Origin: Rhina ancylostomus | Taxonomy: Eukaryota | Length of the DNA stretch: 64,000 nucleotides | Direction of reading: 5' to 3' | Assembly: GCA_030265395.1 (NCBI GenBank) | Contig: JARFYF010000054.1 | Coordinates: 6,823,649-6,887,648 of the forward strand | Shown here: piece by piece, positions 52,711 through 64,000 of the stretch | Layout of the letters: the number at the start of each line of letters is the position of its first letter | Numbering within the stretch: position 1 is the first letter of the stretch | The notes under the pieces: generated by a model | Told to the model about the DNA's origin: nothing | What the model saw: only the letters and a program-made list of their open reading frames with translations | Databases searched by the model: none | Translations under genes and position numbers: made by a program

Positions 52711-54527
52711 TAATAGTATGAAAATTAAAGGTAATTATATTTTAAGGATAGGTAGTAAAATACCTCCATTGCCCACTGCATCTTCTCTTAGCTGTTCCCA
52801 GAAATCAAGAATGTCTTGCTTCTACTCTGATATTGTAAACCACATTCTGAAAATTAATTACTGTTTTAAGAAAGAAACAGGGCTTGGGCCACTGAATAAA
52901 GGTGATATATGGATTAGTGATTTTTAGGAAAAAATCATAAGATTGAATATGGGGAAAATAAAGTAACATAACTTGTGCTTTCATTCTGATTTCCTTATTC
53001 AGAATCTGGCAGTATTGCAGTATTTTTGAAATACTGCTTGGGGGAAGGGAGAGGAAGTGAACCTAAAATGGGAAATTCAAACTGAGCAAGAGGTTGAACA
53101 GGAGAAGTTCTCTGCAGAGGTTCACAGATCGGGTATAAAGCTGTGCAGTGGATAGGGTTGACAGACAACATAATTGTGTCAGCAAAACTCAGTAATGAAC
53201 AAAATAGCAACTTTGATGAAGTGGGCAAAAGGATATGACTATATAAAGCCTATTAGTGCAGATAGGAAGAGTGTGGGAAAACTTAAGGTTTTTATAAGAA
53301 ACAGATAGCCTTGTGCTTCATGTTTATGCCTTTAGCTGTCTATTCCCAAGTCTTTAACTTCCTCCATCCCTCCTTTCAACTTTATAAAACATACTCTGTT
53401 GTCTAGGTTTTCAGTCACCTCTCTTGGTATTTCTTTGTGTGGTAGCAGATTGGTCTGATAACATTTCTGTAATATGAATAACAAAGAAATGTAACCTTTG
53501 TTGCCAGATCAAAGATACCAGTGGCAAGACTGGTAGAAATCCTGTTTCGGGGACATCTCCTGGTGTTATTATTTCCTTTGAAGTTGTGCATAACTTATCC
53601 AAAGTTTGGATCTCATATATTTAAAACAAAAACTGCCTGCAGTAATCATTATGTTTATACCTGATGACAGATGGTCTTTTAGGGGAGTGGGTGTTCTATG
53701 ATAATGTGTCATTAAGATCGATAATGCTAAAGTTTGATTTGTTTTCAACAAATCGTTTTATGCATCACTTGTATGGTTATTGATATCCTGTTTGAAGTAA
53801 GCTAGTTCACAATGAAATGTGAAGAACAGAGAGTGAATTTACAAATATAGTACCTTTCACATCAAAACATCTTGCACTTTTTATAGATAAATTGCATTTC
53901 AAAGTGCTATTGCTGACATTTTGATATTAGTTGAGAATGCACTGATAAAAGAGGATTTTATAAATTGTGCAGTTTATAACGTACTTTTCACTTAATGTAG
54001 CAAATACAGTGTGGTTTTTAGAAGCTTCTGAAGTTCTAACTACGTAGATTTAAAAATATTAAGACCTCCAAACAGGCTGTTTAAAGTTTTAACCCATATG
54101 TATAATTCTGCAAATATTCCCTGTCCACCCAAACTAAACATGATGTTCTTCTGCTCTATCAGAAACAGCTAATAAATAACCATAATTAACTGCTTAATAC
54201 CTTTAAAGTTCTGCTTATTATTTCTGTATGTGCTATAAACTATCATTTGCACTGAATTTTTTTTTGGAAATATTTGTGAAAGAATTTAAGAACTTGCTGG
54301 TTATAATTTGATGTAAACAAATCAACTTTTTTATTGATAATTCTCAGGGAATCTAATTAAAAGATGTATTGTGGTCTGCAGTAAGTTTAGTACCTTCATA
54401 ACTAAGATAATTAGGTTTAATAGGAGTATAGGACTCCTCTGTCATGGTGATGTCACATCAGTAGAGATTTATGTTGCTATTTGTTTTCTTTAATTTTGTG
54501 AGACTAAAACTGGAATATTGTTTCCAG

Positions 54528-54799
54528 GTTCACCATCCCCTCAATCACACTTACTGGGTGCAAGACTCCAGAGTGCCCCAACTCTTACTGACATCTACCA
54601 GAGCAAACAAAAACTCCGTAAGCAGCACTCAGAGCCAGTATATCCTCCATCAGCAGGGTATGGATGTAGCCATTCTCCACAGCCTAATAGACCTGTCAGC
54701 CTTGGTACTTCCCCTACAAAACATATGGGAACATCTCCACGAAGTTCTGACTGGCTACATAAAACTCCCTTGCCCACTATCATTGGGTCACCAACAAAG
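54528..54799 (+). CDS. ULK2: ULK2 exon 18 (272 nt), [25 protein letters not shown]...[11 protein letters not shown]
   Basis: ttccAG / GTgcgt. Confidence 0.95.
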
Positions 54800-54926
54800 G
54801 TGCGTAATGGTTATACTAGTTGCTTCCATAGAATGAAACTGTTATTTGAATTTGCTTTGGAGTTTGGGATAGGTGTTCCAATGCTTTTCAGATGAATTTC
54901 AGTTTAACATATGTGTGCTACCATAG

Positions 54927-55120
54927 ACTACTGCTCCACTCAAGCTACCTAAAACTCAAGCATCTTCCAATTTGCTTGCCTTGGCTGCACAGCAAGAATT
55001 AACTGAGAGTCCACCAGTACAGTCGAAAGCCTTGCTGGAGGCTAGAGAGTTCTGCATCTATCATCCACAAGCAAGTGCTAAACGTACAGCTTCTGAGGAG
55101 AACAAAACTACTTTTGGCAG
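54927..55120 (+). CDS. ULK2: ULK2 exon 19 (194 nt), TTAPLKLPKTQASSNLLAL...KTTFGR
   Basis: ccatAG / GTacca; preceded by a short 127-nt intron. Confidence 0.93.
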
Positions 55121-55502
55121 GTACCATTCTCTTTATTATTCTACGACTCTTGTCTCTGTAATCCATGGCCTGTTGTACTAGCAAATAAAATATTTTCTGG
55201 GCAAGAAGGACACCTGTTTCCAGAAACCGAATGGATTGGCTCCGACCTTGTAATACCTATTGGTGCAGAGCAGAAGCTTCATCTTGATGATTTGAGCTAT
55301 AATTGATTTGAAGGTGCTTAATTCTGATGCAACTACCACAGGGCATTGTTGTACCCTTCATCAATTAAAGTCCTCCCAGCTCTGGCTCAGAGCTCAGAAG
55401 CTGGAGAAATCTTCACTACTGAGGGGAGTGCTGGACAAACCCAGTTACTGGTTGTCCTTATTGAGGTGAATGGTCCCAGGCCACCATTCAGTGATGTTCT
55501 CT

Positions 55503-55660
55503 CCAACATTACTGAAACTGGTTATTTGGTTACATATCTCATTGCTATTTGTGGGACTGCTGTGTATAAATTGACTGTTGTGTTTCTTTACAACAGTGAC
55601 TACATCCAAAAGTATTTCGTAAGATTTAAATCACTTCGCTACATCCTGAAATTATCAATG
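55503..55660 (+). mobile_element. Deu-domain SINE (SacSINE1/AmnSINE1-like) 3' part
   Basis: cattgctatttgtgggactgctgtgtataaattgactg...acaacagtgactacatccaaaagta resembles the recalled consensus. Confidence 0.6.
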
Positions 55661-55835
55661 TATTGATGTAAAGGAAAGCTTGACATTGTTATANNNNNNN
55701 NNNNNNNNNNNNNNNNNNNNNNNNNNNNNATTTTGGCATGTATTTGCTCACTGTTCCTTAGTCGGACATGAGCAAATTACTCAAAAGACTATGTTAAACC
55801 TGATGAGATACTGTATGTTTTGAATCTTTTTGCAG

Positions 55836-55945
55836 ATCTGTAAGTACAGGAAAATTATCAGATCAAGTGACAAAGGCCACATTCGGAGGGCAGACCTATC
55901 AAGGCAGCACTGACAGTCTGAATACCGAACGTCCGATGGATATAG
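55836..55945 (+). CDS. ULK2: ULK2 exon 20 (110 nt), [36 protein letters not shown]
   Basis: ttgcAG / GTaaag. Confidence 0.95.
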
Positions 55946-57061
55946 GTAAAGAAAATTGTTCATCACAATGCTGTGATGAGATCTCTTCAGAAAAAAATAA
56001 TTTTTACAAATTCCTTCCTGCCTTTTTGTTTAAGGCTGTTGACATTTGTATTTTTAGTCTTCTTCAACCAATAGAACAGTGAGGTAATCTTTTTGATATT
56101 CACTCCGGAGCAGCCACTTCAAACCTTTGATTTACTTTCCTCTCCATTTTCCTTCTGTGGGTTTTGCAAAGGCCATGGTTGAAGTGCTGTTCAGTGCATA
56201 GTTGATGGGTAGGGAGGCTATAGAACACTGGCAGTCAGTGTGCTGTCATGGTACCTTTGCACCCAATGGCGTTACAGCTCCCTATTATGCGTTAAATTAG
56301 CTGGTTTTAAACTGCATTGGAAATGTGAAGTTTTACAGTTAAACTTTATGACCCTGAAGTAGGGAGGAAAGGAAATCAGCCACACTCTCACAGCTGGCCA
56401 CTCTGCTGCTAGTGCTGTACAGGCACACAATGTGAGGGCAGCTTTAGACTCATTTAATATCCACTGTAAAACCACATGGACATTCACTGGCCAGGATTAT
56501 AAGTGTCGTCAAGAATGGCTAAATGAGAAAGTATTGGAGGGCTGCAGCCTCCCAGGACTTCTGAGTCCGTGTCAACTCCTGCAGAAGAGGAAGGCACTGA
56601 AACAAACTAAGAAATGAGGGAGAAAATAAAACTGGATTTGTAAAGAAGAAGAATATATAGGTTACACTCATTCATATATCTGAATCAATTCCAGTGTAGT
56701 AATATTTATCTTCTACTTGTGGTCCTTCCTTGCACCCATATAATCCAGGAGAATGGGCAGTCTGAAGCCACATTTCCATGACTGAGTGCACAACTGCAGC
56801 TTGATAGATCTTGTTTTCTTTTGATGCCCTCTCTCTGTGCATCAAAAACTCACCTGGTGGGAATGACTTGAGAGGTGCTTGGTGCAACATAATGCTTAAA
56901 CCCAATCAGTTCATACATTTTAATTTGCAGAGTGCAGAGTGGGAATAGTGCACAAAGTGTCAGCAAATTCTGTTTAGTATGTCCTCTTATGGTGCCTTTT
57001 GCAATTTGTATATTTTGCACTATTTCTTCCTGTTTGCATGATTTATTTTTTTTCTATCCAG

Positions 57062-57214
57062 CTCCAGCAGGTGCTTCTGGTTTGACAACGGGTTCCCCTG
57101 CCATGGTGATGGGAGTAAGCCCAAGGACTGTGGTTTTCACTGTAGGTTCACCACCAAGTAGTGTCACCCCTCCCCATAGCAGTCACATGGTCACCAGAGC
57201 AAGGACAATGTCAG
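57062..57214 (+). CDS. ULK2: ULK2 exon 21 (153 nt), APAGASG...VVFTVGSPPSS...RARTMS
   Basis: atccAG / GTaagt; FTVGSPP motif. Confidence 0.94.
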
Positions 57215-57223
57215 GTAAGTCTT

Positions 57224-57514
57224 AAGATAAGATTTCTTTATTAGTCACATGTACATCGAAACACACAGATGCATCTTTTTGTGTAGTGTTCTGTGGGCAG
57301 CCCGCAAGTGTCACCATGCTTCTGGCGCCAACATAGCATGCCCACAACTTCCTAACCTGTCCATCTTTGGAATGTGGGAGGAAACTGGAAACCCAGAGGA
57401 AACTCACACAGACATGGGGAGAACGTACACACTCCTTACAGACAGTGGCCGGATTTGAACCTGGGTCACTGGCGCTGTAAAGCGTTACACTGACCGCTAC
57501 ACTACTGTGCCTGC
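57224..57514 (-). mobile_element. young V-domain SINE, full length, immediately after the exon 21 donor
   Basis: Closely similar to 51827-52120; (aagat)n tail. Confidence 0.9.
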
Positions 57515-57927
57515 TGTCTTGGCTGCTGTCAAAATTAAAATTGTAGATGACGTTAATCTTCCTACATCCTTTCAGAACATGTTACCTGGGGAATGTTAGC
57601 AAACAGTTTGGGGAAAAGAGTTGACATTCGAATGATTAGCCAGGGACATTATTCAAAATGATTAATCAGCCTTTACTTTGCGGTAATATTACAGGACTGA
57701 CAAAATGTCATTTGCAAATAGCTCTAACTTTCTGATACATTTTCGAATGAGTTTCGTGCAGATTAGATATGTTTGGCATTTTCTTTACCACTTCGGAAAG
57801 TTGTGTGATTTAAAATTTTCCTAATTTAGCTTTAGTTTATGATCATATTCCATGTCCATCATTAAGATACAATACCTTGTAGCTTACTTGTTCCTTCTGC
57901 TTAATTTTTGCCCTCTATTCTTTACAG

Positions 57928-58136
57928 TTGGCTCAGGCAGCCCACTGGGATCTCTCTGCTCTAACAGTGGGCGGATTTACATGGGTTCTCCGCCAGGTGG
58001 CTCAATGGGCACCTCCCCTCCTGGAGCAGAGGGTCCCTCCAGTTTGAAGTACATGACATTTGGTACCTCACCTCCCAGTTTGGAAGGATTTATCGCATTT
58101 GAAGCTCCGGAGCTTCCAGAAGAGACTTTAATGGAG
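57928..58136 (+). CDS. ULK2: ULK2 exon 22 (209 nt), [11 protein letters not shown]...[13 protein letters not shown]
   Basis: ttacAG / GTgagc. Confidence 0.96.
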
Positions 58137-58567
58137 GTGAGCTCTTTTTGGTGGTTTGAACTGAAAAATGGAACTACTTGTTCTGTTGCTCCATGACGTG
58201 AATGGGAACTGCCAGCTTCCAAATTGTTCTGTGTTAAGTATTGCAAATCAGCAAAACTAATGTTGTAATCTATTCAGGCTAACATTAATCATTGAGTGTA
58301 CTTTCAGCTTCTGCGTTCTATTTGAGTGTAAGCAAACATGGTAATCTTCGCAACGAAAAATATAATTGTCCCGTGCTGTGCCTTAATGATCATGGGTTTA
58401 GATTATATGTTTTTTGCAATTCCTAAACTATTGAACTAATCTTTTGTTAAGAGTAAATGCAACCTGATACTGTACTTAAGAATGTATGAAAACATTAAGT
58501 TAGGAAAGGTCATTGACATATCAATTCCACCTCCTTCACAATGGACAACTTCCCTTATTGTAAATAA

Positions 58568-58795
58568 AAAGAGAAAGTGCTGGAAATACTCAGCAGGCCA
58601 GGCCACATCTGCAGGAAGAGGAATAGAATTAACGTTTCAGGTTGAAGATGCTTCATCGGTTCTGTAACTCTGTTTCTCTTCCCCCACAGTCCTAACAAAG
58701 GGTCTTCAACCTGAAACATTGATTTTGTTTCTCTTCCCACAGATGTGGCCTGACTTTTCTGTCTTTATTTTAGATTTCTGGCAACTGCAGTTTTT
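58568..58795. repeat. Penelope-derived fold-back element with two hammerhead-like cores
   Basis: aggccacatctgcaggaagaggaatagaattaacgtttcaggttgaaga pairs with tcttcaacctgaaacattgattttgtttctcttcccacagatgtggcct. Confidence 0.75.
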
Positions 58796-60998
58796 TTAAA
58801 AATTTCCTTAGAAGTGAAAATCAAAAGTCCGGGGAGGCTGCAACCCTCTAGTACTTTCTCATTTAGCCATTCTTGACAGCACTTATAAACTTTGTCTCAT
58901 CCATTTGGTCTCTTGAAGGATAATTCTGTTTATATACTCCTTGAACCCAAAGCTAATTTATATTTGTGTTTCAGCAGTGCTAGCTTCCCTGCACTTCAAT
59001 CCTGGTGTCCTTGAATAAGACTAACACCCCTTTATTCTTCCCCTAAATCACATTGCCATAGCTCATAGTGTTGGGATGGATGGCGGAATGCATTTACAAA
59101 GGGAAGTTTGATGTTATCAGCCAAAAGCCAACAACCTGAAAATCCCATGAACTGTATGATTATTCCAATATTTGACCCTATATTCTTTACACTATTACTA
59201 AGATTTTTGGCCAGCATTCAATAGAGAACAGCTTTATAAAACAGTACTGTGATATTGGCCAGGAGCCCATGTGGAAAATACAAATTCACAGCATTAGCAA
59301 AATCAGTGAGTAGCCTGGTAATGGTTGCTACTGACACGTCCAAGCAGACTGAAAAGCTCTTATGACAGGCCTGTACTGTTGTACTGAATGCCCCTATGTA
59401 ACCAGTACAGATCCTTGACTCAGCTTCAGTGACAGATTTTGTAAAGCTACTTGAAATGGTACTGCCACCAAAGGCTTAGCAAAAATAAACCTGTTCTGCC
59501 CCCAGGCTTCTCTGTCAGTAGTGTCCTGTTTACCTCACTGCACTATATCTGGGAATTATGTCAACAACAGTGCTGCAAAATAGAACACAAGTAGCAAGGA
59601 ATGGTTAAGTATGCTACCACATATTGAATTGCCACTGTAAAGTGCTGTAGAACAGCATGAACAACTGTGGTTTCCTGAAATTGACAACACATGTTTGCCA
59701 TGTGAATTTCACAGTAGATGTGAAATCTCCCAGTTTGTTGTGATTTACATTTGTTGTACAAACAAGGCATTTGGGTCTGGGATCCCTGGTGTCTTGGGGG
59801 CGCCACAACAAAACCCATTTCTCAAATGTTAATTTTCCCCTGCACCATAACAGGAAAGAGATTAGATGTAATTATAGTTGTGGACTCTGAAATAGTGTGC
59901 ATTAGTAGAGACAGGAAGGAGACCAGGTTATATGGAGAACTTGAAGAACTTGTTACTTGGATTATTCAGGTCTATTTAAATCAACATAAGTGATGAAAAG
60001 TAAGTTTATAACTGGACTTAAAGCTTCTTTTCCACGAAATAATGGTGGTTGTAATACTGGTGGTGACCAAACAATTAAATGCTTCAGAGACTTGGATGGT
60101 TTGTATAACAGAAACAACAGATCTGTTCCCATGTGTCTCGGTGAGTTTCCTATCTGAGCATGCTCCACTCATGACGTTTTTATTATATGTACCATTTGGA
60201 ACATCAGCAGCTGCTGCACCCTTTGAGTCCCATGAGGATAAAGAACAGCTGAAGTGTAAACAAACGAACTGTCTTATTTTAGAAGGTTGAGATCTTCCTG
60301 AAAATAGTGCACCATGCCCTTCATCACTTCCAATGTTTCCTAATAGCTTTTAAACATAGTTTAAATCATACCTCCCCTTTTGGTCTGCCACCACCTCTGC
60401 CTTTTGTGCACTTCACTTTATTCCAACCCTCTAGCCTGTTCTTTTAAAATCTTTATTCTCTGCAGCCCTAAACAGTTCCTTCGGTCCATTTTGTTAACTA
60501 TACAGATAGTCATGTTTAAAATATTCTGTTTATTCTGCTCTATAAATCAAAATCCAAACAGTTTATAAATCAAAGCTGAGTTTATAACTATCTGCTGAGA
60601 GGCAGCATTTTTGAGAGTTTCTTATCTTTAACTCCAGAGACACTGCATGCCACCTTCTCAATGGCTTTATCCTGAAGGTATGACTGTAATTGTTACTCTG
60701 TGTGGGGTAATCTTGCTGCATTTTTAAAAATATGTAGTTCCTTGCAATCACTGTGGCTGTTACCTATTCATTTTTTTTTACAAATCACTGAGGCTTTAGT
60801 GTGTAAGCTGTTTGATTTCTTATAGAATAATTTTCAATATATGATTATCCCCAATATAACTTGCATTCAGATATAAAGGCTTTTATAATGATTCACTGAA
60901 ATGAAGTTGATGCGATACTATTGGCGTTTTTTTGTCTGAGATTGTTTTAAATAAAAATAGAAATAAAAGCAACTTTTTCTTTTATCCTTTGATTGCAG

Positions 60999-61177
60999 AG
61001 AGAGCATACAGATACCTTGCGCCACCTGAATACAATGCTGACATTTGCAGAATGCATTATGGACATTGCAGCAATGAAAGGAGGTAGCTTAGACCTGGGG
61101 ACCTCTGCTGCCTCTCTGTACCAAATCCAGGAGAGCATAGTGGTTGACCAGATCAGCCGTCTCAGCAAGGAGTGGGG
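60999..61177 (+). CDS. ULK2: ULK2 exon 23 (179 nt), [19 protein letters not shown]...ISRLSKEWG
   Basis: ttgcAG / GTtcgt (weak donor, but required by the phase of exon 24); C-terminal MIT/EAT domain. Confidence 0.93.
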
Positions 61178-61329
61178 GTTCGTATTTGTATCATTGATTG
61201 CTTCGTGTGGGGAAAATCTCTTACCTGGAGCTGCTGCTTAAAATTGTATCGGATTGAGATAATTTGGCAATTGGAATTAAGTGGTGTAAATTCATTTCTT
61301 TTATTTGATGTATATATTTATAAATGACA

Positions 61330-61480
61330 ACATTTAAAAGGCATTTGGACAGGTACATGAATAGGAAGGGTTCAGAGGGAAAAGGATCAAATCTGGGCAA
61401 ATGGGATTAGTTTAGATGGGCACCTTGGTTGGCATGGATGCGTTGGGCTGAAGGGCCTGTTCCCATGCTCTGTGACTCTA
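61330..61480 (+). mobile_element. CR1 3' end
   Basis: catttaaaaggcatttggacaggtacatgaatagg...gggctgaagggcctgttcccatgctctgtgactct. Confidence 0.8.
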
Positions 61481-61887
61481 AATGCAAGCAATTTTCTTCC
61501 TCTGAAATAATGCGATAGTATTTTAAATATTTGTCTTCTAAAAAACATAAACATCCTTAAACTTCTGTTTCTTCTGCACCATTCCCTGTCTAACTGAACA
61601 ACCAGCTGAAATATTTCTCTGGGATCTGCCACTTTGCTAGCTGGTAAATGATAAAACATAGCAGCTCTAACTGACAAACCCCTGGTTTCCTTTCTGGCTG
61701 GTCCACGATCTAATTGTTCATCTGAGATTGGTAAACAAAGCAGATTGCAGCAGTCTACTGCCAGTAAGGACCAAAGTGTATGCCTTTTGAGGAGTTAAAG
61801 GATTACTGCTGGGGTTCTTGAAGGTGTTTGTTGGTTGACTCAATGTTGCATTTTTATGGAAAAGTTAACACTGCATTTATCCTGCAG

Positions 61888-62006
61888 ACAAGTGGAGCAG
61901 CTTGTGCTATACATGAAAGGAGCACAACTCCTCGCATCGTCTTTGCACCTTGCCAAAGACCGGGTTAAATCAGGCAAGCTGAACCCATCCACAGCAGTTA
62001 AACAAG
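61888..62006 (+). CDS. ULK2: ULK2 exon 24 (119 nt), [39 protein letters not shown]
   Basis: ctgcAG / GTactc. Confidence 0.96.
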
Positions 62007-62628
62007 GTACTCGTGGAAATTCAATGTATTGGATCATTGGTATGTTTGTATTCTGGGGCCAGGAAGGAAAGGGAACTATTTCAATAGGGTGGGGTGAATG
62101 TGTATAGTGAGTGCAAAATTAAATCAAAGGCCAGATAAGAATTCTTAAATGGAAAAGGCTTCTAATTTCTCTTCTGATTTGGTGCCTTGCAACTTGATAT
62201 CTTCCTTCAGTTCTGTTGTCATTTAGTCAGAGTTAAATAATGTGCTCATGGCTTTCAGAATATAAAGCATAATACAAGCTCCATCTTCAGTCCCCTGTGT
62301 TTCACCTGACCTTGCTGTGCTTGCAGTTGCAATTGAGGCAGAAAAAAAGCTAATTCCCACTGCACTGCCTTCTGCAAAAGAGGCAGAGAACAAAACATTG
62401 CCACCATGCCAATTTTTGGATGCATTATCAATTAAAACCTTATAGCCACGCACTAATGTCAAAGCTGTTTATTAGAACACTGGAACATTGTGCGCATAGG
62501 TAAATTGGTGTATACATTAATAATGGCAGGGGCTTAAAATCCAGAAGAAATGTTTTTGTTGGCTGAAGTTATTAAATGGTTTTTGTAAGATGTGTCACAC
62601 TAATCAACCCTTGTGTTCTCTTGGACAG

Positions 62629-62786
62629 TTGTTAAAAATTTGAATGAACGTTACAAGTGTTGCATCTCATTTTGCAAGAAACTTACTGAGAAGCTGAATC
62701 GGTTCTTTTCCGATAAGCAGAGGTTTGTGGATGAAATCAACAGTGTTACTGCAGAGAAACTGATCTACAGCTATGCTGTGGAAATG
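62629..62786 (+). CDS. ULK2: ULK2 exon 25 (158 nt), [12 protein letters not shown]...[13 protein letters not shown]
   Basis: ggacAG / GTaatt. Confidence 0.96.
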
Positions 62787-63154
62787 GTAATTGTCACATG
62801 ATATTACTACCTTTTTCTGTTTCCAAGTATTTTTCTGACAGTGGAAAGAATGATTTAATTTTCATAACAGGACATCAGTGGTGTGATAAATAAGGATAAC
62901 TAAGGATTTGATGATTAGTTGATCTGTTTTCAGCGACTCGTGATACTCCAAGGGATTACGCATGGGGAACTGATACTAAGTACAGTTGTCGAGTGAATAG
63001 GGTTAGAAGGCCGGAAATTTGGGCAGTGTTTTAAACTTCTGACAATATTTTTTTAATCTGGCATTGTCATTTATGGTTCTATGAAAAAGTTTGCATTGGA
63101 TTAGGCTGTAGAACCTGATAGAGCATAGATGCTTTAAAAGCCAAGAGAGACAAA

Positions 63155-63474
63155 GGATGCACAGTGGCACAGCTAGTAGAGCTGCTGCTTCACAGTGCCA
63201 GAGACCCCCGCGGGTTCAGTCCTGACCTTGGGTTGTGTCTGTGTAGAGATTGCACATTCTTCCTGTAACCTCAAGGGTTTCCTTTGGCTGCTCCGGTTTC
63301 CTCCCACATCACAAAGATGTGCGGACTAGCAGGTTAATTGGCCGCTATGAATTGCCCCCTTGTATAGATTAATGGGGGGAATTGAAATGGGATTAATGTA
63401 GGATTAGTATAAATGGCCAGTCGATAGTTGGTGTGGACTCAATGGGCAATAGGGCCTGTTCTGTGCTCTGTGAC
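63155..63474 (+). mobile_element. HE1-like V-domain SINE with CR1-type tail
   Basis: cagtggcacagctagtagagc A box, gggttcagtcc B box, ctccggtttcctcccacatc V-domain, gggcctgttctgtgctctgtgac tail. Confidence 0.82.
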
Positions 63475-64000
63475 AAAGCTCAAGGTGGAACACTGGCTGG
63501 GAGATGTAACTATGGTATGACTAGTTTATAAAACTATCTGAGATGTGGATATGGACTTTATAATCATAAAAACAGGAGAACTGCAAATGTAAAATTTTCA
63601 ATATTAATGTTAAGTTATTAGGCATCTTGCATAGAAACAGTTCTTCAGTCATGCACACTTTCTATTGGACGGTACCAGACAGAGGCTTTAGTGACAATTT
63701 TAAATCTCAGTCCTTACCCATGGTAGGTTTTCTTTCTTCAAATTAACTGGAGGATTTCTTTGTGTGGGGTGATATTTGATAGCTGGTTAACGTGGTAAAT
63801 TTGTCAGATTTTGAGGTGGCAGATGAATAGTTTGTCTTCCGGAGAATGAAAGGATGTGGTAGCACAGTCCCTGACTGTAGGCCCATCCTGCACCTTCAGC
63901 TCTCCACACAATGTGATCATACTTTGAGTGTAAGAAAGAAGGGTGAAACTTGAAGGCTGGCGCCTCCTTGCAGGGAGGACAGAGTCATAGAGAAACACAG

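Noticed and set aside
55840-55845. Consensus GTAAGT 4 nt inside exon 20
   Set aside because: It encodes the conserved SVST and is too close to the acceptor to define an exon; no evidence of use
62909-62973. TGATGA ... CTGA snoRNA-like pair after exon 25
   Set aside because: Imperfect C box context, no closing stem and no identifiable guide

Overview
Eukaryotic, AT-rich, intron-dominated DNA. The repeat content (CR1 LINEs, V-domain SINEs, Penelope and Rex/Babar fragments) points to a cartilaginous fish; this is an inference. The whole window lies inside one plus-strand gene, ULK2 (Atg1-family autophagy kinase). I can place 22 consecutive coding exons with canonical AG/GT boundaries and matching phases (numbered 4-25 after human ULK2 from memory; 2694 nt, 898 codons). 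They run from the kinase N-lobe through the Ser/Pro-rich linker into the C-terminal MIT/EAT domain. Exons 1-3 and 26-27 are outside the window. The introns hold decayed retroelements, a Tigger-like MITE and a Tc1 end. Most ORF-track entries are noise, retroelement remnants or N-gap artefacts. The main leads are: (i) Penelope-derived fold-back mini-elements with degenerate hammerhead-ribozyme cores; (ii) a contig around exon 10 that starts and ends with the same 77 bp; (iii) a 145-bp near-perfect palindrome; (iv) a probable extra ULK2 exon hidden in the 711-N gap; (v) inverted copies of one young SINE close to exon 10 and exon 21, an arrangement associated with back-splicing. I found no evidence for a wholly new protein-coding system.
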